A DNA stretch of 64,000 nt from Chrysemys picta bellii (taxonomy: Eukaryota), in contig NC_088791.1 in assembly GCF_011386835.1 (NCBI RefSeq), positions 350,858,001 through 350,922,000 on the forward strand. The letters run 5' to 3'. The translations under genes and the position numbers were made by a program. The notes under the pieces are model-generated. The model was not told the origin of the DNA, ran no database searches, and was given only the letters and a program-made list of their open reading frames with translations. Each line of letters starts with the position of its first letter. The stretch's first letter is position 1. Below, one piece after another: positions 47,839-60,966 of the stretch.

Positions 47839-48464
47839 GCAGGGGTGGGCTGTCTACATGGCTTCTCCTAGGGTTCCTGCGTTGATCATGTCTCTGACAA
47901 GACACAGTCACAAGCACCTGGCTGAAGGCGTAAGGGAAGGGTGGGTGTCCGTGCCCCTTGAATGGCCCTGTACAAACCTGGTGCAGTACCCATGGTTCAC
48001 GAAGAACCCAGAGTGCTCAGGAAGGGCCAGGACTGTGACTGCAGAACAGCTCGGCAGCTTTTTTCATGGCCTGTGAATGTTTAACCAGAGACAGGACAGT
48101 GACAGGACAGGTATAATGGGAAACAACATCCACATCCCTTCTCTTTATTGACTGCATTGACATAAATGTTAAGGTCACAGCAGCGACCAGTACAGCTCTT
48201 AATGGGGCAAAATCCCACCAGTCCCCTGGCTCTCCACGGACACAGTCACTTTGTAAATGCTGCTGCCTGCCTTGGCCTCCTTCCCCCAGTGCACTGTCCT
48301 CCCACATCAGTGCCTCTCAGCTAGCCCCAGGCCTTAAAGCCCGTCTGAACCTCTCTCTACAAAGTGAATATCAGTAACTCATGTCGGCTCAGGTGTTAGG
48401 GTCCAGGTAGCCTGTGTTTGTCTCCCATGTCACTAGCACTGGAGCTGGGAGATAAACTAACCGT

Positions 48465-49400
48465 TCATTTGATGAATGTCCTCATTAGCCTCCCCCGAAG
48501 GTGTTTGCTTTTCACACTGTATACAATTGGGTTAATCAGGGGCGGGACCAGCATAGAGATGTAGCCCAGGAGAATCTGAAGTAAGGGAGAAGAGCCCTTC
48601 CCGAATCTGTGTGTCACAGACAGGCCGATCATTGGTGTGTAGAAGAGCAGGACGGCACAGAGGTGGGAGACGCAGGTGTTCAGGGCCCGGACACACTGCG
48701 CATGAGATGCGATGCTTAGCACTGTTTCGAAGATCATCACATATGATAGCAGGATAAGCAGTGAGTCCAAACCCACCATGGAGACTATTATGAACAAGCC
48801 ATAGATGCTGTTGATGGTGATGTCTGAACAAGCCATCTTCATCATGTCCTGGTGCAGGCAGTAGGAATGGGAGAGGAGATTGGCTCGACAGTATCGGAAC
48901 CGTTCTAGGAGAAAGGGGACCAGGAACACTGTGGATACTCCTTTTAGCACACACACTAGTCCCATCTTAGCTATTCTCTGCATGGTTAGGATAGAAGCAT
49001 ATCTCAGCGGCTCATAGATCGCAACAAAACGGTCAAAGGCCATCAACAGGAGCACAGAGAATTTAATGAATGAAAGAGAGTGGATGAAGAACAGCTGAGC
49101 AAAACAGGCATTGAGGCTGATTTTCCTAGAGTTAAACCAGAATACACCCAGTATCGTCGGTATGGTGGCTATTGATAAGCCAAGGTTTGTAATGGCCAAC
49201 ATGGAAAGGAAAATGTACATGGGCTCATGAAGGCTTGGATCTGTTTTTATAATGAACAGAATGACTGAATTTCCTACTATTGAAATAACATACATGAAAC
49301 AAAAGGGGACAGAGATCCAGAGATGGACCTCATCCAGTCCAGGTATCCCGGTGACAAGGAACACTGCGGAGTTGAATTTGGTTTCATTGACAGCTGACAT
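48465..49400 (-). CDS. Class I olfactory receptor, OR51 family (311 aa; several conserved residues lost)
   Basis: True ATG at 49400. Intact ORF, but LAITNL, FIKFSV and VAIYEP replace LAITDL, xIESSV and VAICxP. Confidence 0.9.
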   Translation of the reverse strand: MSAVNETKFNSAVFLVTGIPGLDEVHLWISVPFCFMYVISIVGNSVILFIIKTDPSLHEPMYIFLSMLAITNLGLSIATIPTILGVFWFNSRKISLNACFAQLFFIHSLSFIKFSVLLLMAFDRFVAIYEPLRYASILTMQRIAKMGLVCVLKGVSTVFLVPFLLERFRYCRANLLSHSYCLHQDMMKMACSDITINSIYGLFIIVSMVGLDSLLILLSYVMIFETVLSIASHAQCVRALNTCVSHLCAVLLFYTPMIGLSVTHRFGKGSSPLLQILLGYISMLVPPLINPIVYSVKSKHLRGRLMRTFIK

Positions 49401-50448
49401 AATGTACTGGGCAGGTCCAAGAAATTTTGAACTTCCCTTCCTGAAAGGAAAAAGAACAGGAGACGAGCTGATATTTAACGAGACATCTTTCTGCTCTGAG
49501 TGCAAGTCTAGAGATTCCCAGGAGCTCAGGGAAGATCAGCAAAAATATAGTCTTTGATTTACATTGATAGGAAGACAGGCACTGCCAGACTGGATCAATG
49601 GAAGGTGGAAGAAGCCCTGCAATAGGCAGCTCTGAGTTAACCTGTTCCCAGGGAAAGTTTCCCCAGAAACCCACTATTTAGCCATATTTTGTGGTGAAAA
49701 TCAAGAAGGTTTAGAGCCCTTCCAAGACTTTAAAAAAAATCTCACTGGTACATCTTATAAACATCCAGTTCCTCTTTGAATCCTGCTAATCTCTTGGCCC
49801 TACTGATATCTACTTAAGCACTGTGTGATTTTACAATTGTGACTTTCACATAGACACACTTTCTAGCCCTCCACTTCTGCATGTGGCCCATTGTATCATG
49901 ACATGTGTAGAAACACATGGCAAGTGCCTGGTGAAAATGGACGTTGTATTTATCTGTCCTGAATTGAAACTATTTATAAACATGTTTCATAGACTCATTG
50001 TATATTTTCTCCACTCCTGAGAGTCCAAATTATACCACTGCCTCTTGGCAGCATTTTTAGGACCAGGTTCTGAATTCCATGGGGTCTCCTTTGAGATTCT
50101 GTGGGGTCTCCTTTTGCACAGCCCCTGGCAGGATCGGGCCCAGAGCACACGACACCTCTTGAAATGGGAGCCCTTGAAAAATCCTGACTCGGGGCATCGG
50201 GGTTTTAACACTCTGAGCTCACTTTGCATGTCAGATTTTTGTGTAGCTTGAATAACTCAGCCTGAAGCATGGGCAGATGTCGGGGAGGGCTTCCCAAGCT
50301 ATCTAGCGCTGCCTGCCCTCCAACCCCATCACTGAGACACCTCGACAGCCCAGCTGAGTCCTCGGCCACTGCACAGAATATCTGAAAATGGAAACAGCTT
50401 GCAGCCTTTCCCCTTCACATTGCATTTTAAAGATAGTGAAACCTGCCA

Positions 50449-50607
50449 ACGTACCCAATTCCTGATGGAAGGGGAGCTGCTGATACCAGGGGTCTTCACC
50501 CAAAAGGACAAGGAGTCATCAGACAGGTTGCACAGGCAGCAGGCCGTATCAGTTCAGATAGGGAGGCAACTGTCTTTATGAAGCATGTCTGCACATTCCC
50601 TTGGGGG
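50449..50607 (-). promoter_or_regulatory. Putative promoter, exon 1 and donor of OR51 at 49400
   Basis: attcccttgggg 50595-50606, CATAAA 50575-50580(-), GTACGT 50449-50454(-). Confidence 0.55.
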
Positions 50608-51619
50608 CCATTTTGCCATTAGGGAAGCTCAGCTGCTTGGCTTAGTGTGCACCAGCTTTAACCCTGTCACAGCCAAAGGGAAACGGCAGGAGGCCAAATC
50701 ATAGGGGATGCAAGGTGATCCTACCCAACTGGACTGCAGCGGAAGCCCTCCCACAGGCTCTATTTTTGGAATCCGGGGTTGTCATCACTGCATGTGTGGT
50801 TCTGATTATTCACTGGGCTACCTCGTGGACGGCTGACTAGTAACAATGATGCTGTCACAGCTGTGATCTTGCTGTAATAAAATAGAATGATAATAATATA
50901 AGACCAGATTTCTTCCTGGGAGCCCCCTTTCCTGCATTACAAACCCAAGTTGCAGGCCAGGAAGGGGAGATTCCACATGGCTCCCTACCTGGGAATTTCC
51001 CTCGCATCATTCAAGGAGGGGGGTTCCTTTTCCTTCTCCCTGAGGACTGAAAAGGGGGACCCAAGATCCAGGGATCCCCACAGTTAGACACAGATCTTAG
51101 TGATCCCCTGGTAGCTAGGACCACCCAACCACAATCTCTGGCCCTCCACAACTGTTCTAGGACCCTCTCCAGCTCCCTGTTAGCACTGGTTCATCAGAAA
51201 TTTTCTACCAGGGCCTTTCGCAGTACCCACTGCCTGCAGGATCTGCTGAAGGGGGTGTTGTACAGGGTGGAGGGGGCTGCACAGAGATGGGATAATTGGG
51301 ATCCAGGCAGCTACAGATGGGCATCCTCATGGCAACTTAGCACTCAGAGAAAAAATATCTGCTGTCTATGAAAACTCATCCTCACCCCACAACAATGGAT
51401 AAAAAGGGAAACATTTTAGTTTGGGTCAATACTTTTCATGGGGGAGAATACCTCTTTTTTCAGCCCAGCTCTAGCTCCAACCATGGGCCTCTATCACTCA
51501 TGTTACAGGACCACACCCGTAGGTGGCAGCACTAGCCTCCATCGGCCTCCCAAACAGAGCAGCCCCTGGATATCTGCTAGGGTGGGGCTATTCCAGCTGT
51601 ATGACAGGGGGAGCACCTG

Positions 51620-52325
51620 ATAATGAGAGGTTTAGAGACATCTAGAGCATGGGGCTGTGTCCCTGATAATCTTGGCTAATAGCTATTTATGGACCTCCAG
51701 GAACTTACCTAATTCTTTTTGGATCAGTTATAGTTTTGGCCTTCACAACACCTCTTGGCAATGAGCTCCACGGGCAGTGGATTGTGTGAAAAAGTGCTTT
51801 CTTTTATTTGTTTTAAACCTACAGCCTATTAACTTAATGGGTGATCTCTGGCTCTTGTGAAGGGGTAAATAACACTTCCTTATTTACTTCCTCCACATCA
51901 CTCATGATTTTGTAGACCTCTATCATATCTCTTTTTCCAGATGGATAGTCTCAGTCTTTGTAATCTCTCTTCTTCTGCTAGCTGTTCCATACCTTTACAT
52001 ATTTGTTGTTACTCCTCTCTGTCCTTTTGCTAATTCAAATGAAACTTTTTTGAGATGGGGCAACCAGAACTGCACACAGGATTCAAGATGTGGGAATACC
52101 ATGGATTTATATAGAGGCAATATATTTTCTGTCTCTTTATTTATGCCTTTCTTAATGGTTCCCAACATTCTGTTCATTTTTTTGACTGCGGCAGCACATT
52201 GAGCAGAAGTTGTCAGAGAACGATCCACAGTGACTCCCAGATCTCTTTCTTGAGTGGTAACAGCTAAGGGGAGCCACCATTTTGTATGTTTAGTTGGGAT
52301 GATGTTTTCCAGTGTGCATTACTTT
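51620..52325 (-). mobile_element. CR1 fragment shared with cassette C
   Basis: MLGTIKKGINKETENILPLYKSMVFPHLESCVQFW (ORF 51995..52228). Confidence 0.85.
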
Positions 52326-52439
52326 GCCCTAGTCTCTTGCCAGGACTCTTGTGTATCAGGCCATCATTCACACATAACTTTTTGAATGTATTTACCTTCT
52401 CACCACCTCTGTGAGGCAGGACAGGGCTATTATCCACCT

Positions 52440-53545
52440 CTACAGAAGCCATACTGGGTCAGACCAAAGGTCCATCTAGCTCATTATCCTGTCTTCAGAC
52501 AGTGGCCAGTGTCAGGTGCCCCAGAGGGAATGAACAGAACAGGTAATCACCAGGTGATCCATTCCCTGTCGCTCATGCCCAGCTTCTGCAAAAAAACCCA
52601 TCCTTGCCCATCCTGGCTAATAGCCATTGAGGGACCTATCCTCCATGAATTTATCTAGTTCTTTTTTGGACCCTGTTATAGACTTGGCCTTCACAACATC
52701 TTGTGGGTTCCAGGACTAGCTGCTCCAAGAAGCAGTCTTTTAAGGTGTCAAGAAACTTTATCTCTGCATCCCATCCTGAAGTGACATGTACCCAATCAAT
52801 ATGGGGACAGTTGAAATCCCCCATTATTATTATTGTGGGTTTTTTTTTTCAATTTTAACAGCCTCTCTAATCTCCCTGAGCATTTCACAGTCACTATTAC
52901 CATCCTGGGCAGGTGGTCGGTAATATATCCCTACCACTATATTTTTATTATTAGAGCATGGAATTTCCACCCATAGAGATTCTATGGTACAGTTTGGTTC
53001 ATTTACGATTTTTCTTCATTTGATTGTATACTTTCTTCCACATATAGTGCCACTCCCTCACCAGCAGGACCTATTCTGTTCTTTCAATATATTTTGTACC
53101 CTGGTATTACTGTGCCCCATTAATTATCCTCATTCCACCAAGAGTCTGTGATAGCTATTATATCAATATCCTCATTTAATACAAGGCACCCTAGTACACA
53201 CATCTTATTATTTAGCTTTCTGCATTACACGATGTAATTGAATGGGACTTTTTTTTTTATTTGATTGTTTCTCAACAGATCCTACCTGTATTTTATCATC
53301 TTCCATCATCTCCTCCTTACTAGGACATAGAGAATCTCCATTAGTCTATCCTCCCTAATGGATGTCGCTGTCCAAACGACATGCTCCTCTACTCTTGTCA
53401 CCTTTCCCCCAGCCCTTAGTTTAAAAACTGCTCAATGACCTTCTTAATGTTAAGCGCCAGCAAGCTGGTTCCATTTTGGCTTAGGTGGAGCCCATCCTTT
53501 CTGTATAGGCTCCCTAATTCACAAAGGTTTCCCCATTTCCTAAAA
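52440..53545 (-). mobile_element. CR1 fragments (3' UTR and endonuclease region)
   Basis: catactgggtcagaccaaaggtcc 3' UTR, then ggatgcagagataaagtttcttga and catcctgggcaggtggtcggtaata (EN-domain reverse complement). Confidence 0.75.
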
Positions 53546-54270
53546 ACACACGCAGCACTCCTCTGCCTCGGTGACATTACAGTCAGATACGGGTGGACTC
53601 ATCAGGTACGCAGTGCGCAGTCATCAATGAGGGAGGAGCTGCCTAAGTGACAGCACCTGGGGCTCCTGCTTTGATCATATCTCTGACACGACTCAGTCAC
53701 ATGCACCTGGCTGAAGGCAGAGGGAAAGGGGGGTGACTGTCTCACTGAAATAGATGCTGAGCACAGCTGTTGCAGCGCTCATGGATCACGCAGTACCCAG
53801 AGCGCTCAGGAAGGGCAAGGACTGGAATTGCAGAACAGCTCTCAGCTTTTTCCCTGGCTCATGAATGTTTAACGAGAGATGGGACAGTGACAGGCCAGGT
53901 GTAATGGGAAACAACATCCACATCCCTTCTCTTTATTGACTCTATCAAGAGGAATTCTGAGGTCGGAGCAGGCAAGGATACAGCTCTTTATAAGCAAACA
54001 TCACACTGGTCCCCTGGCTCTCCAGGAACACAGACACATTGTAAAAGCTACTACCTGCCTTGGTCTCCTTCCCCCAGTGTTCTAGCCTCCCTCACCAGCC
54101 CCTCTCACATTCTTCCAGGCCTTATACCCGGTCTGAACCTCTCTTTACAGAGTGGAGTTCAGTAGATCATGTCATCTCGGATGTAAGGTCCTGAATAGAA
54201 TGGGTGGTCATGGCCTGTGTCTTTCATCTCCCATGTCACTGGGGCTGGAGCCAAGCGATGAACTGACCCT

Positions 54271-55206
54271 TCACTTGAAGAACACCCTGATTATCCTCGC
54301 ACGAAGGTGTTTGCTTTTCACGCTGTACACAATTGGGTTCATAAGTGGCGGGACCAACAGAGAGATGTAGCCCAGGAGAACCTTGAACAATGGAGGAGAG
54401 CCTGTCCCAAATCTGTGTATCACAGCCAAGCCAATCTCTGGTGTGTAGAAGAGCAAGACAGCACAGAGGTGGGAGACACATGTGTTCAGGGCCCTAAGGC
54501 ACTCTCCATGGGACGCAACTTTCAGCACTGTTTTGAGGATCATCACATATGAGAGGAAGATGAACAGTGAATCCAATCCCACCATGGAGACTGTAAGGAA
54601 GAAGCCATAGATGTAGTTGACTGTGGTATCTGAACAAGCCAGCTTCATGACCTCTTGGTGCAGGCAGTAGCAATGGGAGAGGACATTGGCTCGACAATAT
54701 CGGAACCGTTTAAGAAGAAAGGGGAGTGGAAATATTACAGCCACCCCTCTTAGCACAAACACCAGTCCCATCTTTCCAATTCTCGGCAGGGTTAAGATAG
54801 AAGCATATCTCAGTGGGTTACAGATAGCAACGAATCGATCAAAGGCCATCAACAGGAGTATTGATGATTCAATGAATGAAAGTGAGTGAATGAAGAACAA
54901 CTGGGCAAAACAAGCATCCAGACTGATCTCCCTAGAGTTAAACAAGAATATACCCAGTGTTGTAGGCATGGTGGATATCGATAAGGCAAGGTCTGTGATG
55001 GCTAACATGGAAAGGAAAATGTACATGGGCTCATGGAGGCTTTGATCTGTTTTTATAATGAACAGAATGACTGAATTTCCTACTATTGAAATAATATACA
55101 CTAAGCAGAAGGGGATAGAGATCCAGAGATGGACGTCTTCCTGCCCAGGTATCCCGGTGAGAAGGAACACTGCAGAGCTGAATTTGGTGTCATTGACAAC
55201 TGACAT
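54271..55206 (-). CDS. Class I olfactory receptor, OR51 family (311 aa)
   Basis: True ATG at 55206. MAFDRFVAICNPLRY, RALNTCVSHL, IHRFG, PPLMNPIVY. Acceptor at 55247. Confidence 0.95.
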   Translation of the reverse strand: MSVVNDTKFSSAVFLLTGIPGQEDVHLWISIPFCLVYIISIVGNSVILFIIKTDQSLHEPMYIFLSMLAITDLALSISTMPTTLGIFLFNSREISLDACFAQLFFIHSLSFIESSILLLMAFDRFVAICNPLRYASILTLPRIGKMGLVFVLRGVAVIFPLPFLLKRFRYCRANVLSHCYCLHQEVMKLACSDTTVNYIYGFFLTVSMVGLDSLFIFLSYVMILKTVLKVASHGECLRALNTCVSHLCAVLLFYTPEIGLAVIHRFGTGSPPLFKVLLGYISLLVPPLMNPIVYSVKSKHLRARIIRVFFK

Positions 55207-55889
55207 AATGTACTGGACAGGTCCAAGGAGTTTTGAAATATCCTTACTGAAAGAGAGGGAAAAAAATGAGACTAGATGATATTTAAGAAACATTTTCCTG
55301 AGCTCAGTGCAAGTCTAGAGATTCCCGGGAGCTCAAGGAAGATAAGCTAAAGCATGGTCTTGGATTTACACCATTGATAGGAACATAGGCAGTGCCAGAC
55401 TAGATCAGACCTGTAGTCCATCTTGGCTCGTATCCAATGCCCAGTACCAGATGGTTCAGAAGTAGGTGAAAGAAGCTCTGAAATCGGCAACTATGAGATA
55501 ACCTGCTCCCAAGGAAAGTTGCTCCCCAAGACCCACTCATTAGACATATATTGTAGTATAAATTAGGAAGGTTTAGAGCCCTTCTAAGAGCTTTTCTGTT
55601 AAGTCCTCCCTACTGTAAATGGATTTTATGCTTACCCATATAAACATCCAGTCCCTGTTTGAAACCTGCTAAGCTCTTGGTCCCGTTGATATCTTGTAAT
55701 GGGGAATTCCGCAGCCTACTTGAGAACTGTGCGATTTTACAATTGTTACCTTTCCACTGACAACCTTTCTGGCCCTCCACTTTGGACTGTGGCCCATTGT
55801 ACCATGACATGTGTGTAAACACATGGCAAGTGCACAGTGAAAACGGTCATTGTATTTATCTGTCCTGCATTGAAGCTATTTGTTAATGT

Positions 55890-56240
55890 GTCTCCCTTAT
55901 GGGCAGAGGCTAAGGAAGGCAAGGGAAAGCAGGTTGCTCTTGGTCTGGGGCTGGGGCTGGCGGCTGGATCCGCGTGGCTGCCCAGCCCCCACGCTCCATG
56001 GCCGGAAAGGCTGGGGCTGTGCCACACACAGGGAGGGGGGAGGCTGGGAAGATTGGGGTGCTCCTGACCTCGGCACTAGTCTGGGTCACGGTCTATTGCT
56101 GCTGTGGGGGGCTGGCTTGGCAACATGGGGAGGTGTTGTGGAAGGGGTGGGGCCTCAGGTGGAAGGGGTGAGGCTGAGGGTTTGCCTGCTGGCACATGGG
56201 AGGTGGGGGTTCACCGCCATGCATGGTTTCCTTGCCTAAT
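55890..56240. mobile_element. GC-rich insertion, probably a MITE
   Basis: Present only in this cassette's intron. Termini not resolved. Confidence 0.4.
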
Positions 56241-56246
56241 TTTCTT

Positions 56247-56288
<42 letters not shown>
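56247..56288. repeat. (TA)n microsatellite
   Basis: About 21 units with one TACA interruption. Confidence 0.95.
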
Positions 56289-58953
56289 AATTTTCTCCAC
56301 TCCTCAGGTTCTATATTATGCCACTGTCTCTTTGCAGTAGAGGGATAAATTCTTAGGGCCAGGTTCTTAATTCAGGAATAATGACTTCAACTGCATCCCT
56401 CCAGATTTACGTGTACATTCAACCAGAACCAGGCCCTATTAAATTTCTCTACCAAATACTCCCAGTGATAGACTCTGACCTAGAAGAATCCCTCCAAGAG
56501 AAGCTAAAGTGCTTTGCCTGGCCAAAGGTGACTGATTCCAAGGAGTTCGATCATCCTACAGGCTTCATTTTATCCTCACAGGATCTGCATCCTCTCCCCG
56601 TGCAAGGGTCTGTAGATATTTGGCAAGTTACACGCTAACATAGTTAGATTGGCAGGGGAGGGTTTGGTGTCACAAATGGGTGAATAGTGCAAACACTAGC
56701 TTTACACTAATATCCAGTTGAGGGTGCAAGTGACATCAGCCATGCTCATGTTCAAGATGATAGGTGTAAATTACATACAACCCTTATTGCACTCCCCTTT
56801 CCTGCACCTCAGCTTTACTCTTTGCTTCTTTGCTAAAACACTGACCAGCAGTTCGGTTCTCTTAGGCCTTTTTTAAAAGGTATTGCAGAGTGATTGAGTG
56901 CACAACGCTGAATATAAGTGTTAGAAACAGCTTTTGGTCGATTATCAGGAGACAGTATCATACAACTGTTCAGTGAACACAGAGTTAATAACACAAACCA
57001 TTGCAACCAGTATTTTGAGTACTTCTGAAATACTTTTGAAAGCTAAAACCATTAAGCAGTAAACTTATCACTTTTCCTTCCTGTACAGAATGCAAGAATT
57101 TCGGTGCTGGATTTCGATATACCTGCATGTCATCAAATTTTGATTTGTAATATTTGTATTACAATGAGAAGTTTTGACATAACATTTACACATCTGTACT
57201 TTAGTACACACACGTCAACCCATTCTTTCCCCTCTGATCTGCTTTCAGAGATGATTTCTCAGGATAGAGAGTGACTTAAAATATAGTGTCTGTCATCTGG
57301 ATGTCTTCAGAACCTGAACAGCAAAGAAAAGTCTAGTAGCTCCTCTGTCCCTGGGTTAATAGCTGACTGGTTCTCCTCAGGTTCTGTTCTGTCAATCTGC
57401 AGCCTCTATCCGGAGTGGTAACAGGCATTGGGATCAGCATGGAAAATATACATTCCCTGAGCTCTCACTCTCTTGTACAGAGTAACCCCAGCACCTGTTA
57501 TTCAGCCATGATGAGGTCTTGCAGGAAGTGGATTTCAAAGTCAAATGCATGAGTATTCATGGAAATGGAACTTCATTTCATACATGAAACTAATCTATTG
57601 CTCTCTCACTGTCTCTCTCTCTCCCTCTCTCTCTCTCTGTCTATGTCCTGTATTCATAACATCCCTAGCACCCAGGAATGGCATACTGTCAGACATGCAG
57701 CTGAGCTGCCATAATATATGGACATGTTAAACCCAGTTCTGGGGATGTTTGCTGTAGAGCTATATTGGGTTAACTATTGGGATGCTGATGTTACGGCTGT
57801 ATTGGGTGAAACCAGTATGGCTCTTCTTAGTTTAACATCAGGCTGCTGGAAAACAAGCAGGATGGGAAGGAACAACTCAAGAAAAGCCATCGCTCAGTAA
57901 CCACCCAAGGGAAGTTGAGAGACAACACCAGAGCTACTGGAAAGAGCCTATTTCTGGGCTCCAGTCACATCACACAGCTTGTTTTGCCAGATCTGGGAGT
58001 CTGTCCAGAGGTGGGTCAGCTGCTGTGAGAAGCTCTTCAAACTGACAGGCACAGATACCTCTAGGGATGCCTGAAGGCCTTGATCTGCCTGGGTCCCTTT
58101 CAGAGTGGGAGGGCTTGGGGTCAGAGATGTGTACAGACTGTTCTTTGAAAACCCTTTAATTCTCCCATGTTTCGCTTTATTCCCACTCTTCAGATGAAAG
58201 AATAGTTTGGTTTTCAGAAGGCTGGCTGGTCACTCATCACACCACTAGTCACAGACTCCCAAAGGGAAGAACCACAGGACACAGTCTGAATGTGGGAGGA
58301 TTGCGAGATTCTACCCCATGGGAGGGAAGGTTACTTTCCCTGACATCTGGCACTTGGAGACTAGGGACGTGGATGAGATGCAGGTAGCCCTGTAACTCTT
58401 AATGGTATCTACAGAGCAAAGATGCTACAGCCCTCAGCCATTCAGGAAACAGAAATATCCCCTATCTGACCTGTTACCACAGAGCAATGCAGCTCTGAAT
58501 ACCTGCCTTCAAAATCGACCCAAATAATGAAACCTTTGAAAATGCATTTGCTGATTAAATTTCCAGCAGCAAATAAACCTGTGCCAATTTTTGAACTATT
58601 AACTGGTATTCCATAGGGTCTCCTGTCACTCAGCCCCTGGCAGGATCGGGCCCAGTGCACACGACACTTCCAGAAATGGGACCCACTGAGAGAGCCTCAT
58701 TCAGGAAATTGCAGTTTTTTAACACTCCAAGCTCTCTTGGAATGTCAGATTTGTGTGCAGCTTCCCTGAGGACCATGGGCAGGTGCAGTGGAGGGGTTCC
58801 CAAGGTCCCCAGTGCTACCAGCCCACCAGCCCTTCACTGAGTCACCCCGACAGCCCAGCTGAGTCCTCTGCCGCTGCACAGAACAACTGCAAATGGAAAC
58901 AGCCTGCAGCCTTTCCCCTTCACTGTGCATTGTAAAGCTAGTGAAACTTGCCA

Positions 58954-59113
58954 ACGTACCAAATTCCTGCTAGAAGGGGAGCCACTGACACCAGAGGTCT
59001 TCAACCTGAAGGACAAGGTGTCATTGAAGAGTTTGCATGGGCAGCAGGCAGTATCTGTTCAGATATGGAGGCAAGTGTCTTTATGAAGCATGTCTGCACA
59101 TTCCCTTGGGGGC
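58954..59113 (-). promoter_or_regulatory. Putative promoter, exon 1 and donor of OR51 at 55206
   Basis: attcccttggggg 59100-59112, CATAAA 59080-59085(-), GTACGT 58954-58959(-). Confidence 0.55.
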
Positions 59114-59529
59114 CACTTGGCCATGAGGGAACCTCAGCTGCTCGGCTTCGTGTGCACCAGCTTTAACCTTGTCACGGCCAATGGCAAACTGCAGAAGGCC
59201 AAATCACAGGGGATGTGTGGTGATAGTACAGAATTGGACTGCAGCGTCAGCCCTGCTGCAGACTCTATTCCTGGAATCCGGGCTTCTCATCACTCTTTGT
59301 ATTGTTCTGATTAGTCACAGGGCAGCTGAGCGATAACGATGATGCTGTCACGGCTGTAATCTTGCTGAAATAAATAATAGTAATAATAATAATAATCAAT
59401 AATAGAGGATCAGATTTCTCCCAGACAGCCCCCTGTCCTGCATTACACACCCAGAGTGCAAGCTAGGAAAGGGAGATTCTACAAGGTTGCATACTTGGAA
59501 ATTTCCTTGGATCATTCCAGTAGGATATA

Positions 59530-59725
59530 AACTTCTTCTCTGCTAGGGTGGTTAAGTGCTGGAATAAATTGCCCACGGAGGTTATAGAAACTCCCATCAT
59601 TGTAATTTTTAAGAGCAGGTTAAACAGACACCTGTCAGGAATGGTCTAGATAATAGTTAGATCTTCCATGATCACAGGAGCCTGGACTTGATGACCTCTT
59701 GAAGTCCCTTCCAGTCCTGCAATTC
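59530..59725 (+). mobile_element. CR1 3' fragment
   Basis: gggtggttaag.gctggaataaattgcc...gaagtcccttccagtcc. Absent from the paralogs at this site. Confidence 0.75.
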
Positions 59726-60419
59726 TCCCTGAGGCATAACAGGTTGCCCCAGGATCCAGGGGGACCCGAAGTTATACACAGATCTCAGTGACCACTGGTA
59801 GCTAGTCCCCCCCTCACAATCCCTCTGCCTCCACAATTGCTCTAGGACCCGCTCCAGCTCCCAGTAGCACAGGTTCATCAGTGATGTGCTACCAGGACCT
59901 GTCACAGTAGCCACTGCCCGCAGGATCTGCTGAAGGGGCGTTGTACAGGGAGGAGGGGGCTGCACAGAGATGGGAAGTCTGGTTAAAGTAGCTGATGGGC
60001 ACAATACCCCAGCCATAAACTGGTCAGGAGGTACTGACCTTTCTATACCCAGAGTGCAGCCACAGACCCCGCCAGTGAAACCTTCATTACGTTATGATGG
60101 AGAGGCAGATGAAAAGCCTCCAATTTCTCTTGAGGATCGAAAATCTGAGCTCTGTAAACAAAGGCCATTGCCCATCTAACCCATGTTGAGTGGAAAGTGA
60201 CCTATATTAATGAGTTTGCATGGTATAGATCTATGTGCAGTGCAAGATGATATAAATCTGGGTACATTCTCCACCCAGGATTCAAGGCTCGGAAACTGGG
60301 AAATTGGCTGTTGTCTCCTGTTTGTCCTTGAGTGACTTAGGAATAAAACACTCAGTTAACTTAGTTGATATTCACCCAAGAGTTCTGCAAGAACTCAAAT
60401 ATCAAATTACAGAACAACT

Positions 60420-60700
60420 AACTGTGGTGTGGAACCTATCATTAAATCAGCCTCTGTACCAGATGACTGTCAAATAGCCAATGTGATACTGATTTTTAAA
60501 AAAGGCTCCAGAGGTGCTCCCAGCAATTACAGGCCTCTTATCCTAGCTTCAGTACAAGGCAAACTGATTGAAACTATAGTAAAGAACAGAATTATCAGAC
60601 ACATGGATGAACAAGATTTGTTTTGGAAGAATCAGCACGGATTTTGCAAATGGAAATTATTCCTCATCAGTCTATTAGAATTCTTTGAGCAGGTCAACAA
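60420..60700 (+). mobile_element. Old CR1 RT fragment
   Basis: ANVILIFKKGSRGAPSNYRP...NQHGFCK (ORF 60429). Confidence 0.8.
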
Positions 60701-60966
60701 AGGTGCCCAAGGGTGCACGAGCAGGAGAGTGCAAGAGGGGAGGATTCCTATCTCAGACTGAGAAAGCGGAGAATCAGTGACTTATCTTAAGTGCCTATAC
60801 ACAAATGCAAGAAGCCTGGGAAAAAAGCAGGGAGAACTGGAAGTCCTGGCACAGTCAAGGAACTGATGTCATTGGAATAATAGAGACTTGGTGGGATAAA
60901 TCACATGACTGGAGTAAAAACAACAAGGAGTCTGGTGGCACCTTAAAGACTAACAGATTTATTTGG

